From Callorhinchus milii (taxonomy: Eukaryota): a DNA stretch of 55,317 bases. Below, piece by piece: positions 10,640-21,876 of the stretch (its first letter is position 1; the number at the start of each line of letters is the position of its first letter). The stretch lies in contig NW_024705309.1 of the NCBI RefSeq assembly GCF_018977255.1, positions 1 to 55,317 of the forward strand, written 5' to 3'. A program made the position numbers and the translations under genes. Under the pieces are notes generated by a model. It made no database searches and was not told where the DNA came from. It worked only from the letters and a program-made list of their open reading frames with translations.

Positions 10640-11460
10640 ACTTACTTTGTATTTATAGAGTGCCTTCACTCAAGGCGCTTGACATAGTTTGAAGAAAAAG
10701 TTTGGCAACGTGGAATAATTTATATGATTTATATGATTATTATATGATTTTACATGACGGGAGAGTGCAAGGTTTGACGAATGAGTGACTGCGATAGAGG
10801 GGTACTTAGGGGGTCATGAAGGGGTAGAGTAGGGATGGGAAGGAGTGGAGGGATGAGGGGTGGGAAGATGAAGAGAATTGGCAGTAGAGGAGAGGTGACA
10901 GGAGGTTAAGGAGGGGGGCTGCTTAATATACAGGGGAAGTGTTGAGTCTATGGGCAGTGTTGAGTCTATGGGCAGTGTTGAGTCTATGGGCGGTGCCGAG
11001 TCTATGGGCGGTGCTGAGTCTATGGGCGGTGCTGAGTCTCTGGGCGGTGTTGAGTCTATGGGCAGTGCTGAGTCTATGGGCAGTGCTGAGTCTATGGGCA
11101 GTGCTGAGTCTATGGGCAGTGCTGAGTCTATGGGCAGTGTTGAGTCTATGGGCAGTGTTGAGTCTATGGGCAGTGCTGAGTCTATGGGAAGTGTTGAGTC
11201 TATGGGCAGTGCTGAGTCTATGGGCAGTGCTGAGTCTATGGCGTGTGCTGAGTCTATGGGCAGTGCTGAGTCTATGGGCAGTGTTGAGTCTATGGCGTAT
11301 GCTGAGACTATGGGGAGTGCTGAGTCTATGGGCAGTGCTGAGTCTATGGGCAGTGTTGAGTCTAGGGGAAGTTTATTACAGTAGAGGGGTGCAAGGAGGT
11401 AAAAAGACCCGAAATCAGGATATTGGGTACATGGAGGAGGGACAGAGTGAGATAACACGT
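10640..11460 (-). mobile_element. Degenerate L2-like LINE 3' fragment interrupted by a minisatellite
   Basis: Minus strand GSFYLLAPLYCNKLPL[repeat]YIKQPPSL resembles the L2 terminal motif. L2-like tail near 10640-10690. Confidence 0.55.
10932..11372. repeat. 18-bp minisatellite, 24 units, consensus GYTGAGTCTATGGGCAGT
   Basis: Directly visible. Bounded by AGGGGAAGT at 10932 and 11364, 432 bp apart (24 x 18). Confidence 0.97.
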
Positions 11461-11600
11461 ATGACAAATTCGCGCACACGTAAACAAATGTGTCGCTGGT
11501 TATATGTTGTAAAGCTGCCGATTGACGTTTTACCTTTCCTGAACGGCGCGTCAATAACGCCGCCTTTCCGTCATTTTCGTTGCACCGAACCTCGGTCAAG

Positions 11601-11681
11601 ACGGTTAAGGCAGGCATCACCGAGACACGGATTGAGAAGCGGATCGTCATCACGGGAGACAGCGACCAGGACTACGACGAG
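11601..11681 (+). CDS. EPB41: Protein 4.1 CTD exon (TVKAGITETRIEKRIVITGDSDQDYDE)
   Basis: Near-identical to vertebrate TVKGGISETRIEKRIVITGDADIDHDQ, same 27-codon length. CAAG| acceptor, GAG|GTTGGT donor. Confidence 0.97.
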
Positions 11682-12082
11682 GTTGGTCCGTCAACTCGGC
11701 GCTATTTTTCCGCATTCTTTGCACGATTTGCAGAGACTCGTGCTTTGCTTTGAGCCGCGTCGATTCGACACGGTTGTGTGGGCCCACGGTGCAATTCATC
11801 GGAACTAATATTGTTAAATTAATGGAAATTTAATTCAGATTTATTTGGAGTAAATGGGTCTGTTCACATCTGTTCACAAAACCGTGTGTTTGTAAAACTG
11901 CAAGCTTCATTGCCTTTATCATTATTTATAAAAATCATTAAATTTTCTCGGGTAAGTAGCGATTTAACCGTCCACGGATGACGAAATGACAACTCTCGTG
12001 TTATTTTAGCTCCACATTCTGTTATGAAAACATCGGTCTTCAACTACACATACATTCCCTTGACACACTATCATACAATTGT

Positions 12083-12152
12083 AGCTCCCGCACCTCCGAT
12101 TAGCATGGTTGGCTACGTATGGTGCGAAAGATGTTCTACATACATACATACA
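12083..12152 (+). repeat. L2 3'-tail fragment with (CATA)n
   Basis: Reverse complement of 1197-1262. Confidence 0.7.
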
Positions 12153-12169
12153 AATCCCATTCACACGGA

Positions 12170-12432
12170 AACACACCGCAGTGGCAAGATGTTAACTACC
12201 TCGCCTTGTATACAGGAGGTCGTAGGATCAATCCCTACCCTGATGCACGTATATTTGGAATTTGCATTTTCTCCAATGGTCATGTGGTGTTTTCTGCGGG
12301 TCCTCCGGTTTTTCCCACCACATTTAGAATCAACGTGCCTTTCGAGTATTTGGCTGCTGTAAATTTCCACATCATAAGCCACTTCGTTGAGCTATCATTT
12401 GTGGCCAGTGGGCCTTACCTGATAAATAAAAA
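12170..12432 (+). mobile_element. tRNA-derived V-SINE (Lam1-like)
   Basis: Homologous to 3437-3738. B-box-like GGATCAATCCC and V-domain-like core. Confidence 0.75.
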
Positions 12433-12496
12433 CAAAAAAATGGTTCATAAACTAAAAAACAAGTGCCCAGTGTTGATTTTGAGCAGTAATGTAAGT

Positions 12497-12689
12497 CTTC
12501 TTGGTTCTTTCGGTAAAGTCACGTAGAAGAGAAATAATAAAATAATAAAATAAAACATCATAAAATGTACATAATAATATTATTTTATTACGTTTAATTT
12601 TATTATTTTATTATTTCCCTTCTACGTGACTTTACCGAAAGAACCAAGAAGATGAATCCCTGCAGTCACGAAAGCTTTAAATCGAAAAA
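12497..12689. mobile_element. Inverted (palindromic) Penelope-like terminal-repeat insertion with 10-bp TSD
   Basis: Arms 12497-~12558 and ~12595-12651 are reverse complements. TAATGTAAGT at 12487-12496 and 12690-12699. Confidence 0.75.
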
Positions 12690-14711
12690 TAATGTAAGTT
12701 TGAAGTGGAATTTCAGAGAAATGAAAGCTTACTCCAGCTTTGCCCACCCTGCAAATGAAAATGATTGTGTTTTTCGTTACAGTGGTCCCTTTACCAGCAA
12801 TACATTAGCACGTTGGTACAAGTTCGTGGCCATGTGAAGTTTATCAGTAATTGGCAAAGAGGTAGCGTAATGAATTGTGGTAATGAACTTTTTGAAGGGG
12901 AAACGAATGTGCAATCGATATGCAATTGTAGCTCCTCGTATTAATTACATTAATTGCATGGTCAGCCCTCTCCCGTATGGATTTTTGATGTCAATCTCCT
13001 AATGATTTTACTCTCATAATACCTTGTCACTGCAAAGAGTGATATTTTTTTGTTTATTCCATAACACATAATCCCTCTAATGCACGGGTGTTAGACGCAG
13101 GCATTATGATTAATTGGGTGCCTCTTTGGCTTACAAAACAGCGCATGCACAGCCTGCGTAGCATACTTGAGTTTTGTGATCGATCGACAACTAAAATGTT
13201 TAGTAATTTCACGAATATTTTTGTAAAATTCTCTTAAAAACATGTCAAGGCTTGCTCATGCAACCATTGGCAAAAGCTCTCTTAATTGTATATAAATAAG
13301 TTACAGCCCTTTTAGTGTAACGTGTATCGAATTGGTTCCGTAATTTATAAGTTATGCTTCACGAAATTCAGTTTGCCATATAACGAGGAATCACCATACT
13401 TAACTTAGGTCGCTGGGCTCATAACTACGGCATCACCAATACCCGCCGGCGCCTTTCATCTCCAAAGTTTAAGATTAATTTATCCAGTGGACAAGAGCGA
13501 TGAGATTATCATGGGACCTTTTTTGTCAGTATCAAAAGTATGAAAAATAACAATAGGTTTTACCCCCTTCTAGCAATGAAACGGGTGTATTAAAATGTTC
13601 AAGCACCAAATAGATTCCTTTTGCAAGGAATCAAGTCTGCATTGACCACACGTACTTGTGGTGAACATGCAAACAAAACATGTGCTGATAATATACGCAA
13701 GTGGCCAAACTTGGCATGATTTTTTTTATTTATATGAAGAAATCACATGGAGGAAAATATTCTGTGAACCATAGAAAAGTGAACAATGATGAACTGAGTG
13801 CTCACTTGCACACATTAATCACTGCGCATTAGGAAAGCACTGCACTCCTTTGTCAATTTAAACTAAAGCACTGGCAATGAGGCTTGGCCTTCTTCCAACA
13901 GATCACTTTCATATCTTAAAGGTAAAGGTCAGGGTCCCGTGTAATTGGCAAGCTCCGACTGTCGGCACGTTTTGCTCGCAATAACATTCGCTTTTGGAAG
14001 CTGCAGAAAATAAGTGAATGAGCTTAATGTGATAGTGTGCGGGCGCGTTTGTCTCTCACACAACAGAAGCCTCATCGGTCTGCCTTGTTGCGGTAAAAGG
14101 TTATGAAACGTGTTCAGTAACAATGACGACCAAAATCATTTGTTCACACTGGCAATCTGGAAATGTCTCCGCTGTGCAATATTTGGCATTTCAGATTTTT
14201 TTTTTTGCGCGAGGTCAGAGAAAGGGGGCAATGTTAATTTCGGCACAACGTTTCGAGAAGCGAGAGGCACCTCTGACGCGCGTGAACACAAGTGGCGTGA
14301 ATCACGTTTATTGTTTATTGGAACACAATTCTCTTGCACGGATTCGATCTCCGTGTTGTCCACCAAGCCTGCCTCCAGACCACTGGCTTGTATGCCTGAA
14401 CCACAACAATGTACCTTCCTACCTCCCTTTGTCACCTAGTTTACTCCAAATGTTGCCAAATGTGATCAATTACTCACAAATTACTTAATTGGCAAGACAC
14501 TTGGCAACATTACCCCCAAGTGGGAAAAACGAATGCCCACTTGGGGGGACTGTCGCTGCATTCATCGGGACAGCTGCCACGGCGACTGAGTGCCTCAAGA
14601 TGTATTTGATGGGAGGAGCGGTAGATATATAAAGTGATGATGACGATTTGGCTGTTGTGTGAAGGGACACGCAAACGCACGAATGTTACGTGGCGTCTTC
14701 TTGCCACGCAG

Positions 14712-14819
14712 AAACTGTCCAAAGCCCTGAAGGAGGCCAAGGAGCAGACGGAGACCACCATGACCAAGCTGGTCGTGCACCAGGAATCGGAGCACGCCAA
14801 GGAGGGTGGCAAGGAATAG
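14712..14819 (+). CDS. EPB41: Last coding exon of protein 4.1 gene (KLSKALKEAKEQTETTMTKLVVHQESEHAKEGGKE*)
   Basis: Aligns to vertebrate ALAQAIKEAKEQHPDMSVTKVVVH.ETE. CGCAG| acceptor, TAG at 14817-14819. Confidence 0.93.
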   Translation, partial: KLSKALKEAKEQTETTMTKLVVHQESEHAKEGGKE

Positions 14820-15262
14820 AGGGAGCCGGTAAAACGCACACACCTCTCGGTTTGCCGTTTCGAAACGTCTGCACGTTGTAGGGTGTGTGGGGGGTGGGGG
14901 GGTGTTCTGTTCACCGCCGAACGTCGGAACGCGCAAGCGGCGTTCATTTCATTTAGAGAGGTGTGAGCGTCGTTTTTAAGACCACGCCTCAGAACTGTAG
15001 CGACACGACCGCACTCTTGATCGCTGGCACAAAATCGTGCCACGCACCCTCCCGCATGGCCTTGTGCGAGGATCGGTACCGATAAAGTTATACAGGTAGG
15101 AACAACAGGTTCCACACCGTCCACCAGGGATTATTTGTCTGTCGTGCATAGCCCCTCCCAAACATGTACGCTCCCGGATTGGTTGAAGTGCGTCACGTGA
15201 CCGCGAGCTTTGTCGTGCACGAATGCGCTGTCCAACCAAGTTCCTACCTGCCCACTCCAAAG

Positions 15263-17770
15263 GAACGTGTTTTTATTTCAGTTTTTGATGATGTACACGT
15301 TAGTCATCGGAACTGGAAAGGGTTAACTCGCAGAGCATGGCTTCAGTGGGCGTAGCTATAGAGTTTGTAGATGGTGTGCAACTGCATGGAAGTCCCACGG
15401 GCTGTCGGGGCCTAAATGCCGGTCCACAAAGAGGGGAGGGGGAGAGAATTTCTTACATGCCCTTGCCAACCACACCACTGGCAAGGCCGTCGCTGCCTTT
15501 GCAAGTGTGCAGTGTTGTGCAGTGTGTACAAATGTCCGTGTGAAAAAGTAAAGATTGGGCTGTGCAAATGACTTGCCGTCAATGCCTCTTCTGGCTGAAG
15601 AGCCTTCACTAGAGGGAGCGCTCGCGAGTCCCTGAAGAGGATAATTGGCCAGCTCTTCATCGTTAGCCGGATGTCTTTTTGAAGAGGGGGGGGGGGGGCG
15701 TTACCCGCACTTTGCTCCACCTCATGCCTCCAGCCGATCGACTGTGGTGGTGCACTCATTTATACGATCGTACAGAGTATGTTATTACGGGTGTTTTATC
15801 TTCTGCGATTATTCGCAATTCCTGTACATGCTTGCATGGGATTTTTCGTTGCATTGCCGTTCAAATTGTGCGAGGGGACGATTTAACACCCTCTCGCTAA
15901 GTAATTATTGTTCCCCCCCCCCTCCACAGAATTTTGAACCGACTCTCCATCTTGGATTGGAGGCCTTTACAGTGGCAGAGAGGGAAAGAAACAACCTCGC
16001 CTTTCTGTAATGCCAGTCCCCCTTCCCCCCATTACCTTTGACCAACTGTAGGAGTCTTGACCACTATGTTTCAGCTCAAGAGCCGAGTGACCACTACAAA
16101 AAAAACGAATGCGGGGAAAACCTGAAAACGGCGGTCGTCTTTGCCGGCCATTAGTTAGAAGCCTCTGTCTGTGTGCTTTAACCCGGTTAGCAAATAATAA
16201 GTTTATAAAAAATTCTAAGGACTAAAAGAAAATGCCCTATCGGCCCCCGTCACCATGCCCCAAGCATGCTAGCTATTAATCATTAGCTGTAAAGGACCAA
16301 TGACGATTGAGTAGGTTATTTTGAAATTCTGTGTGTGCTGTAGCTCATTGGGAGCAGCTGGTAACATTCTAAGGTATTGACATCGACACATGCAAATGTT
16401 GATGTTTTATCCATTGCTTTTATTCAATGCATTGAGTTAAAAAGTTAAAGCCCACAAGGTGAAGTTTTTAAAATGGTCAAAACTTGAAAGAGCAGGGGTC
16501 CAGAAAAAATTGTTGTATGCATGTTTTAAAATATGAATGAAGCTATTGGAGCCAAATGCAGGAAAATGTGAAGAGCATTTATGTTTTTCAATCTTCTCTC
16601 TAAATACAGGAGCAAGGTTGTAAATGAAGGGAAAAATTAGTGCCTAAAAATGTAATCAAACTTTGTCACGCAGTTATACAAAGCAAGCAAACCTGCCACT
16701 TTACAACTATTCCATTGCATGCCTTGAGCCGTTACGCCTGGGCAAAAAAAAAAAGGTGGAATGGTGCCAGTCTGGTCGACAACCCAGAAACTAACACGTA
16801 TGCCACTCCTGCTGCATAGGTTTTTTTTCACGGTTTTGCTATACAGCTCTCCTGTGCGTTCTCGGAGTGTACCGCGTGCTTTGGCACAATTTCATTTCTG
16901 CAAAACAATGTGACAACCAGAAAATACAGAGGAGCTAAATATATATACACACACTGCCATTAATTTGGGATCCACACACACAGATGGGTAACTCCCAAAT
17001 TAGAATAACCACCGTGACGTGTAACAGAAAAATGTATATTTAAATTACTGCATGGATCAGGAGCCGTGGTAAGAGTTGGACAATATAAGCTATGGCTTAT
17101 ATGGCCTACTTTGATCATGCAATGGACCTACTGATACCAATAACAGTAGGCCCCATGTCTTGCTATGCTTTTACATTTGACCACTCGGCCTGTGGATTGG
17201 GCCACAATTGGCTCAATCATTGAAATGGCCCACAGCTATGCTGTAGCAAATGAAGTGTTGATTAATAGAAAAGGGCGTTAACTTAAAACACCTATTTGGT
17301 GTTCGTAATTTTAAAGGAATGTAACTGTGAACATGAAGGTGGTTTGGAAGTGGGATGAAAAAATTATTTGTCTTAATTTTGTTTGTGCCATGTTTTTAGA
17401 TAATTGTTTTAACCTGATACAGTAACGTAATATTGTAATACGTAATGTTTACTTTAGTTTATTGACAACTGCTGTGCTAAATGTTACTGGTGAACAAAGC
17501 TATACATAGAAATAAGGGATATTTTAATTCTAGTTTTGATTCTAAGGTTGAAGAAATTGTCCGGTTTGTTTGCCTAATATGCTTTGCGCAAATGGCAAGA
17601 ATGTTCCGCGGATTGAATTGTTTTAAAAAGGGAATTTCACTGCTCGCCGCAAAACAATGTGCTTCGATAGTGTTCTTCAAACAAAGTCATTCAATACCTT
17701 TAGAATGTCACCCCGTGTTGGTGTAATAGTCCTGTACCTGCAAAATAAACACTGTGTATTGCTTCCTCGT
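15263..17770 (+). other. EPB41: Probable non-coding terminal (3'UTR) exon of the protein 4.1 gene
   Basis: Donor CCG|GTAAAA 9 nt after the stop, candidate acceptor ...CCCACTCCAAAG| at 15262, no recognised interspersed repeats, ends at a polyA signal. Confidence 0.45.
17744..17749 (+). promoter_or_regulatory. Polyadenylation signal AATAAA
   Basis: Upstream TGTA motifs and downstream GT-rich tract (CGTGTGTATTGTGTG). Confidence 0.6.
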
Positions 17771-19146
17771 GTGTATTGTGTGATTTCATTACACAGCACT
17801 GGGGCCGGCGTTTTAAATGCATTACAAGAACATGGCAATTTCTTCCAAAAGGAAAGTGTGTGGCTGCTTTTTAAAGTCTTGCGCGCGGTGCATTCGTGTA
17901 ACACGCCGGGTAAATCACTTCCGCACGTTTGGCTTAAATTGTTTTGTTGGACGAGCCCCAAAAAAAAAAGTCCGCTTCACTTACATGAAAAAAAATCTTG
18001 CCAAAAGGCAATGAGAACAGAAGTCAAATTTATAATTTCAGTCTTATCGGTCATTAGGGAATCCATGCGTCAATGTTAAATACGCAACCAACCGACGGCA
18101 GCAGGTGCATACCTGTCAACCCCTTATCAGTGCCTACCTTAGGACCAATTCAGACCTTATTGGTCACCCCGTGCCCTTATAAATCTCAACGTCACCCTAC
18201 AAAGGCAATATTGAAACGGATGTCCGCCATATGGACCTGCACACTCAATTTCTCTGTACAAGAATACGGGCAAACTATGGGTTGACAGGTATGCTCAGGT
18301 GCCCAATGTCTATATTCATACGAAAAGGTTCAGCATTGGGCCCTTGCTGCTGTTCAGACAAGATATCCAACCGATGCTCCTCACCCGCCTCGCTTGCCAC
18401 TCGTATGCAAACGACCAAAACTTAACACGGCACGGACTGCACTTGCTGGCTCCCGGCGACACGTTATGGCATAGCACAGCTGCGAACATGGAAGGTCGGT
18501 TCGCAAGCTTCACCTTTGGTCCAATACCAGCACTCAAAACGGCATCTGTTGCGGACTCCTCTTGGCCGTACGGTTTGCCGGTCGTTCGCGTTGCATCCAT
18601 CCATTCGACGGCAGCTGGCGAGAGGTCTTCGACGGCAAGGTTACATCCCGTTTCTTCGCTCAAGTCATTCCGCACGCGGCTGGAGACCGTTCATCGTCCA
18701 ACTGCTCGAAGGCAAGAATTGGGAACCCACGGTTGTTATTTTTTTCGCATTCAGCTGGATCTCGACTTGTCACGGTGTGAACGCCACGCGTGGGTTGAAC
18801 TTGCAGGTGAGGCTGCCAGCCATTCTGCACGCTCTCGATTTTCTCGTGGTGTTGGCGAGCCAGGGCCCACAGGCACAGAGGAGGCGACGTACCGTTCTCC
18901 CCACCCGCTGCACCGCCAGGTATGAAAGCCACGTGAAAGTGATCTCCCAGATGTTCCAGAAGGCCTCTCTCCAGCGATGAACCAGAGTTGTCGTCCATGC
19001 TCGGGACAGTAATCCAAGTCCTGTGCCGATGGTTTCTGGGAACCCGTGATGGACAAATGAGCGTTTTAATCTTGAGCCAGTTCACAAAGTGTAAAGGTCC
19101 TTTTCGGTAAAGTCACGTATAAAGATAAAATAATAAGTTAAATAGC

Positions 19147-19187
19147 ATACGACGTTTCGATTGCAACAAGCAATCATCATCAGGTAT
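19147..19187 (-). ncRNA. Minimal type I hammerhead ribozyme, apparently intact
   Basis: Minus strand: ATAC-CTGATGA-T-GATTGC/TTGTT/GCAATC-GAA-ACGT-C-GTAT. Perfect stems I and II, palindromic ACGT as stem III, GUC cleavage triplet. Confidence 0.8.
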
Positions 19188-19385
19188 AAATGAAATAGCA
19201 ACAAAAATCTAACCAGAAAACTATAGGCAGATATACAAGCAGACAGAGATCACCAAGATACATAGAGTAACACAGGCACAGAGAACTCTCTCTGTTACTC
19301 TCCCTCTATGCATCTTGGTGATATCTGTCTGCTTATATGTCTGTCTATAGTTTTCTGGTTAGATTTTTTTGTTGCTATTTCATTT

Positions 19386-19428
19386 ATACCTGATGATGAT
19401 TGCTTGTGTTGCAATCGAAAAGTCGTAT
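19386..19428 (+). ncRNA. Minimal hammerhead motif with mutated stem III palindrome (AAGT for ACGT)
   Basis: ATAC-CTGATGA-T-GATTGC/TTGTGTT/GCAATC-GAA-AAGT-C-GTAT. Confidence 0.65.
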
Positions 19429-20077
19429 GCTATTATTTAATTTATTATTTTATCTTTATACGTGACTTTACCGAAAGAACCAAAGAGTAATTCCTGCAGT
19501 CACGAAAGCTTCAAATATAAGAAAGTGTAAAGGTCATTCAGGTCACATGACGGAGCTTTTTGAAAACAACAATGGCAATGCAGTACATTACCCACGATGA
19601 ATCCACTGCTATACGAAAGCCTCTCCAAGCCACCATCTCACGATCGTGCGCCAAATACAAATTGTAGTTCATAAATTCAGCCTTTAATCCATCCACTGCT
19701 GGATGAACATGCATCACGATGAGGTAATGCGTTGTGTTACTCCACGCTTATCAGTGCGAGTTGGTTTAAGAATGGGGTTTGGGAGGTGGAGGGTAATAAC
19801 AATGCAGATATCACACGTGCCATTGATGTTAGCCGTGACCAACTATTATACTCTTAAGCGCAGGGTGCTCTAAATGTAGATCCTAACGCACAAATACCAT
19901 ACCAGAGTGATGCAATATTACAACCAAATACGTTTCACGCTGCAGACCGAAATGTTATACATATATATCAGATCGGCATGATCAATAAATAATACAGAGG
20001 AGAATACATCTTGGGGTGGGTCGGTGGGCAGTGGTTTGCATACTTCGCCATATACTTGTGCTGCCCGAGTTCGATTT

Positions 20078-20225
20078 GTTCAAGTTCATTTATTATTAGG
20101 TATAGACCTGCGAGCCATTCGGCTCTCGAATCGGGTGCAACCGCAACAAAAACCAAAAACATGAACAAGAACACCTTTAAAGTGGCTATGTGACTATGTG
20201 CAAACATAAAATCCAAGAAAAGTGT
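20078..20225 (-). repeat. Interspersed repeat, probable LINE 3' end with AATAAA and (TTGAAC) tail (second copy 22730-22880)
   Basis: Two highly similar copies. Minus strand ends AATAAATGAACTTGAAC. Confidence 0.65.
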
Positions 20226-20378
20226 GACATCCGAACCCGCCTTTGGGTGCAAACCCAACAACCACACAACCTCCATTGACCAGCAAGGACAATAATTTCC
20301 GTATATCCAAACAACTCCCATGACCGGACATGGTTTGGAAGAGGCCTTAGTCAGGCAGTAGCAGATTTTAATCTTGTA

Positions 20379-20532
20379 CAGGGCGGTCCAGATGTCTCGT
20401 GACCCCCATTTAATTCTCTAAAAACTATTTGTTTTTAAATAAGGCCGATTTAAAACAGAAACGAATGCGCAAAGGAAAATAAACATGTTAGGGGCAATTA
20501 ATTGGGGATCACAAGACATCTGGAGCACACTG
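20379..20532. mobile_element. Tc1/mariner-type MITE
   Basis: TA on both sides (20377-78, 20533-34). ~30-bp imperfect TIRs CAGGGCGGTCCAGATGTCTCGTGACCCCCA / TGGGGATCACAAGACATCTGGAGCACACTG. Confidence 0.8.
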
Positions 20533-21536
20533 TATATTATTCTTCATTAAACATATAATCAGGAGATATTGATATCGCCCCTGTGCTATAACACTTGAAC
20601 GTTGTACACCTACCTTGAATAACAAACTCAGTGTGAGCGGCTGAGCCGAGGGGTTTGCAGCTCTGCGCTTAAGGTGAACAACTTGAATTAGCTGTGCTTT
20701 ATAGTAGGCCAATGTGCGCTTTATTGGTGTAATCCACTCTGGCACAGGTGATGATAATTCCATTGTATTGATCTATTGAACTGATAGCGTCGCGAGGAGT
20801 GAGATAGGATGAGGGGGGGTATTCACGACTGAACGAAGGCAAGTGTTCATTATGAAACCGTAGTTTGTTCCTTGAAACATATCATCTAAATATAATACCC
20901 AATGAAGAATTCATATCAATGGAGAACAGGCTATTGCGCATATTATATCTACACATGGACTGGATAACACGTACACTAAACTATTCTGTTCTGGTATAAT
21001 AGGAAACTTAATCTCCTTTGTTTTGCAAATTCCATATCACTTATATAATACGTCAAATACTGTAGCACATGAAGCGAACGGGTCCGAGTTAATTGAATTA
21101 TGCAGCGGAAAGTGTAACAAACTCTGGAATAGTTAATTTAACAGGTTTATTTACTTTTTTTATTACGTATTTATTTGTTACGTCGCTAATGGCACGAATG
21201 TTTTCTTCCCATTGTGTAATTTATTGTTTGGCCCAGCTTATGCGTCTATCGTTAATAGGTTGAGATTTCGCCGAATTAAAACGCGGTCGGATAATTGTTA
21301 GGGCACAGGTTGTGTAAATTAGCAGAGGACATAAAAGTCTGAGAAGGGATTACCTAATGTACTGCAGGTCGCTAACGCTTAATAAAAAAGGCATTAATGC
21401 TGTCTCACTTGCATTATATCCTCTCAAAGTAGAAATACACGATCAGCCGACCTACAACTAAATCTTATTGATATTGTTTAATATGAATGTGCAGCGTAAT
21501 TCAGGGCCTGTGTCGACCCAGTGTGGTCTGGGACTG

Positions 21537-21876
21537 TTTTTAAATCCTTTATATTAAGTTCACTTGCGTGCTTGCTTGCTTGCGCGCTTACGACCGTGCA
21601 AATCTTTCGGTCGTTTTTTAACCCACTTCCCGTGATCCAATCGAGCTGACATTTTGCACACAGACTCGTTGTGCGTGACAATTTATTTTCGTGAAAAATT
21701 TTCCAAAATTTTCCACTTTTTAGGAAAAAAACAATTTCATATTTAATTTAAAATACCAATGTGATAAAAATGAAACTCTTACTCAAGAAAAACAGAAATG
21801 AATAATAAAATAAAACTGATGCCACGCATATAAAGGATTTATAGTGAAAAACTTTGTTTTTACGGGTTAATTTTTT
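21537..21876 (+). mobile_element. HINE/DINE-1-like element, copy 2
   Basis: Perfect 14-bp subterminal inverted repeat TAAATCCTTTATAT 21541-21554 / 21828-21841. Same 5' ~190 bp and 3' end as 7125-7511. Confidence 0.65.

Larger units (their letters stand above)
19100..19521. mobile_element. Inverted Penelope-like terminal-repeat insertion with 14-bp TSD and two hammerhead motifs
   Basis: ~165-bp arms in inverted orientation (19102-19267 / 19303-19476). AAAGTGTAAAGGTC at 19086-19099 and 19522-19535. Confidence 0.85.

Noticed and set aside
10932..11372. CRISPR-like array
   Set aside because: Units are head-to-tail with no unique spacers, eukaryotic context, no cas genes
10814..11808. Long ORFs of 279, 289 and 144 aa with hexapeptide repeats
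   Set aside because: Produced by a stop-free 18-bp minisatellite in an intron. The real exon (11601-11681) is in a different frame.
13070..13600. Possible piggyBac-like element with degenerate TIRs
   Set aside because: Ends too diverged and no clean TTAA duplication
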